A stretch of 64,000 nt of DNA. It comes from Acidobacteriota bacterium (lineage in GTDB: Bacteria; Acidobacteriota; Thermoanaerobaculia; Multivoradales; JAHZIX01). Location: positions 19,457 through 83,456 of the forward strand of contig JBCCXL010000017.1 of NCBI GenBank assembly GCA_039191605.1, given 5' to 3'. The position numbers and the translations under genes are program-made. This document shows positions 61,632 to 64,000 of the stretch, one piece after another (the stretch's first letter is position 1; each line of letters opens with the position of its first letter). A model generated the notes under the pieces. It ran no database searches and had not been told where the DNA came from. It worked only from the letters and a program-made list of their open reading frames with translations.

Positions 61632-62845
61632 ATAGCTCCTCCAGCAGCGGGCCGCTGCGCGTTGCGGTGGTGGATGACTCGAGCTTCGTGCGCAAGGCCA
61701 TCAGCCGCATGCTGGAGAACGACGAGCGCATCGATATCGTCGGACAGGCGGCGAGCGGTGAGGAGCTGCTCACCCATCTGCTGGAATGGGCGCCCGACGC
61801 CATCACGCTGGATCTCTCGATGCCCGGCATGGGCGGCCTGCAGACCCTCGATCGGGTGATGGCGGTGCGCCCGACGCCGGTGATCATCCTCTCTACCCAC
61901 TCGGCGAAAGATGCTCCGCTGACCATCGAGGCGCTGCACCGCGGCGCCATGGACTTCATCGACAAGCAGCAATACTCGCTGGTGGATTTCGAGTCTCTGC
62001 GGGCGGTGATCCTCGAGAAGCTGCTTTCGGTGCGCTCGGCGAGTCTGCCGTCGCCGCGCCGGGGCGGTACCGGTGAGCAGCCGGCGGCGAAGACCAGCCC
62101 GCGGTCTTCGAAGCCCACGGCGCGGGGAAAATTGGGGAAAAGCCCCCAGTCCCAATCCCAGTCTCGATCTCGAACCGGGCCCCAATCCCGGGCACAGCCC
62201 CGGACTCGAGGCGAGGCCGGCGCCGTGCGCCGAGCCCCGGTGCAGCCCTCCCCGCGCTTCGACGTGCTGCTGGTGGGGGCCTCCACCGGGGGGCCGCCGA
62301 CGATCCAGAAGCTGCTAGAAGATCTCGGCGCTACGGTGTCGGTCCCGGTGCTGGTGGTGCAGCACATGCCCAAGGGGTTCACCCGAGCCTTTGCCGACCG
62401 CCTCAACTCTCACCTCGAGGTCAGCGTGCGGGAAGCCTCCGACGGCGAGCGATTGGAGCTCTCCACGGTGTATCTCGCCCCCGCGGGCATGCATCTGCGG
62501 GTCGCCCGCCGCGAGGATCAGCTCTTCGCCCAGCTCACCGAGAGCCCCCGCCACCTCACCCACCGCCCCTCGGTGGACGTGCTCTTCGAATCCGCCGCGC
62601 GGGTGGTGGGACGCCGCTGTCTCGCCGCCCTGCTCACCGGCATGGGCAGCGACGGTGCCCAGGGGATGGCCCGCATCGCCGATGCTGGAGGCTACACCGT
62701 GGTGCAGGATATGGAATCCTGCGTCGTCTACGGCATGCCGCGGGCGGCGAAGAATCTGCGAGCGGTGCGCGAAGAGCTCTCCCTGGACGTTCTCGGAGGA
62801 CGCCTCCAGCAGCTCCTCGGCGCTCCGCAGCCGGGCTCCGGGTAG
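61628..62845 (+). CDS. cheB: CheB-type methylesterase with N-terminal receiver domain
   Basis: REC: VAVVDDS, TLDLSMP and KQQ. CheB catalytic region: LLVGASTGGP, VLVVQHMPKGFT and GMGSDG. The GTG start overlaps the cheR stop. Confidence 0.9.
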   Translation: MNSSSSSGPLRVAVVDDSSFVRKAISRMLENDERIDIVGQAASGEELLTHLLEWAPDAITLDLSMPGMGGLQTLDRVMAVRPTPVIILSTHSAKDAPLTIEALHRGAMDFIDKQQYSLVDFESLRAVILEKLLSVRSASLPSPRRGGTGEQPAAKTSPRSSKPTARGKLGKSPQSQSQSRSRTGPQSRAQPRTRGEAGAVRRAPVQPSPRFDVLLVGASTGGPPTIQKLLEDLGATVSVPVLVVQHMPKGFTRAFADRLNSHLEVSVREASDGERLELSTVYLAPAGMHLRVARREDQLFAQLTESPRHLTHRPSVDVLFESAARVVGRRCLAALLTGMGSDGAQGMARIADAGGYTVVQDMESCVVYGMPRAAKNLRAVREELSLDVLGGRLQQLLGAPQPGSG

Positions 62846-63002
62846 TCCCGGGGGGACACGACGGCCACAGGCCTGAGGGGGGGCGACCTGGAGAGGTCTC
62901 GAGGGGTGAGTTCTGGGGCGATGGGTCTGCTAACATCCGCCGTGAGCTACCCCTTCCGAAGTCCCCCAATATCCCTCTGACCCTAGGAGCGTTCCTGCCG
63001 CG

Positions 63003-63680
63003 ATGGCCGCACGAAAGAAAGGCTCTTCCCGCTCTGCCTCCGCCGGATCCCGTTCCCGAGGCAAGGCCCCGGCGAAGAAGGACGAAGAACAGACCGTGAG
63101 CCAGGGCGAAGGTTCGGCGGACGAGGCGTCGTCAGAGGAGACGGCGCAGCCGGAGATCGACTCGGAGCTGGATCGGGTCTTTCAGCTGGCGGACGAGCTC
63201 AACGAGGCGGAGATCGAGCAGGAGGCACAGGAGAAAGCTAGCTCTTGGGTCACCTTCCGGGTAGCGGAGGAGATCTACGCCCTGCCGGTAGCGAGGGTGC
63301 AGGAGGTGATCAAGGTGGGGCCAGTGACGCCGGTGCCCCACACCCCGGTCTCGGTGCGCGGGGTCACCAACCTGCGAGGGCGAGTGCTGACGGTGGTGGA
63401 TTTGAGAATCCGCTTCGGCTTGGCGGAGAACGCCCTCAGCGAGCACCACCGGATCCTGGTGAGCCTCACCAGCAGCGGCCCGGTGGGGCTGCTGGTGGAC
63501 TCCGTCAGCCAGATGATCGCCGTGCGTCCCAGCGAGGTGGTGCCGCCGCCGGACGACGCCGCCACCGACGATGCGATTACCGGAGTGGTCTCTCAGCGCG
63601 ACGAGCTCACCTCTCTGCTCTCTCTAGAAGCTTTGCTACAAAGTCTGACCGCCGCCGCCAGCGCCAGTCACGGCGCCTAG
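63003..63680 (+). CDS. cheW: CheW-like protein with a charged N-terminal extension
   Basis: WVTFRVAEEIYALPVARVQEVIKVG...VRGVTNLRGRVLTVVDLR is a CheW domain. Confidence 0.7.
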   Translation: MAARKKGSSRSASAGSRSRGKAPAKKDEEQTVSQGEGSADEASSEETAQPEIDSELDRVFQLADELNEAEIEQEAQEKASSWVTFRVAEEIYALPVARVQEVIKVGPVTPVPHTPVSVRGVTNLRGRVLTVVDLRIRFGLAENALSEHHRILVSLTSSGPVGLLVDSVSQMIAVRPSEVVPPPDDAATDDAITGVVSQRDELTSLLSLEALLQSLTAAASASHGA

Positions 63681-63709
63681 TCGTCCCGCCCTCCGCAGCG
63701 CTATCTTTT

Positions 63710-63790
63710 GAGAGGCTATGTCTTGAGAGGCTTATGTCCTAGGCAGGCTATGTCCTGGGCAGGCTATGTCCTGGCGAGGCTGTGTCTTGG
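63710..63790. repeat. 15/16-bp tandem direct repeat, about 5 copies (ggcaggctatgtcct), intergenic after cheW
   Basis: Read directly. Confidence 0.85.
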
Positions 63791-63919
63791 GAAGAGATCT
63801 GGCCCCAGCAGGAGATGTCGTCCCAGCAGACCTGGGACTTCGCGGCGACCTCATTAATTGATCTCTTGGAGAGTGACTGAAGGTCCTCTTCATCGCATTC
63901 CCACGTCCGGAGAAAGCTC

Positions 63920-64000
63920 ATGGAATCACCTGATCAGCCCTCTTCTCCATCCGCTAGTTCGTCGCCTTCCTCGAGCTCGTCGGCTTCCTCTGGTTCGTCG
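63920..64000 (+). CDS. 5' end of a Ser/Pro-rich protein, truncated by the window edge
   Basis: An ATG follows GGAGAAAG. The sequence is MESPDQPSSPSASSSPSSSSSASSGSS. Confidence 0.3.
   Translation, partial: MESPDQPSSPSASSSPSSSSSASSGSS

Overview
This is a very GC-rich (about 68-70% GC) bacterial chromosomal window. Genes are densely packed, with mixed housekeeping and accessory content. Because of the high GC content, the six-frame track contains many long spurious antisense ORFs. Calls rely on recognisable motifs, signal peptides, RBS and start context, and translational coupling.

Housekeeping genes supported by sequence motifs: msrA, NAD-dependent DNA ligase ligA, 2-oxoacid:ferredoxin oxidoreductase korAB, alpha-glucan phosphorylase, M32 carboxypeptidase, ornithine aminotransferase, signal peptidase I, and a diacylglycerol-kinase-family lipid kinase.

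Accessory content:
- A 1269-aa CHAT (caspase-like) / P-loop NTPase / TPR protein next to an XRE-family HTH gene. This is a candidate NLR-like death or defence module.
- A lipid-related cluster: acyltransferase, R2-like ligand-binding oxidase, SCP2 protein and a GT2 glycosyltransferase.
- An SPFH-domain protein with a GYF-like C-terminus, translationally adjacent to a double zinc-ribbon membrane protein.
- A Ser/Thr kinase divergent from a 1498-aa polytopic membrane protein that is translationally coupled to an M23 peptidase.
- A MrfA-like DEAD/DEAH helicase with DUF1998 fused to a DnaQ-like 3'-5' exonuclease.
- An MCP-less chemosensory cluster (cheY; cheA-cheW-HEAT-cheR-cheB-cheW) resembling alternative-cellular-function Che systems.

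The least expected signal is a set of unrelated 15-16 bp tandem direct-repeat arrays in at least six intergenic regions. The same 15-bp periodicity is embedded in two coding regions. Three Rho-independent terminators and a relatively AT-rich 560-bp gap upstream of glgP are also noted.

No rRNA, tRNA, CRISPR array or obvious transposase was seen.
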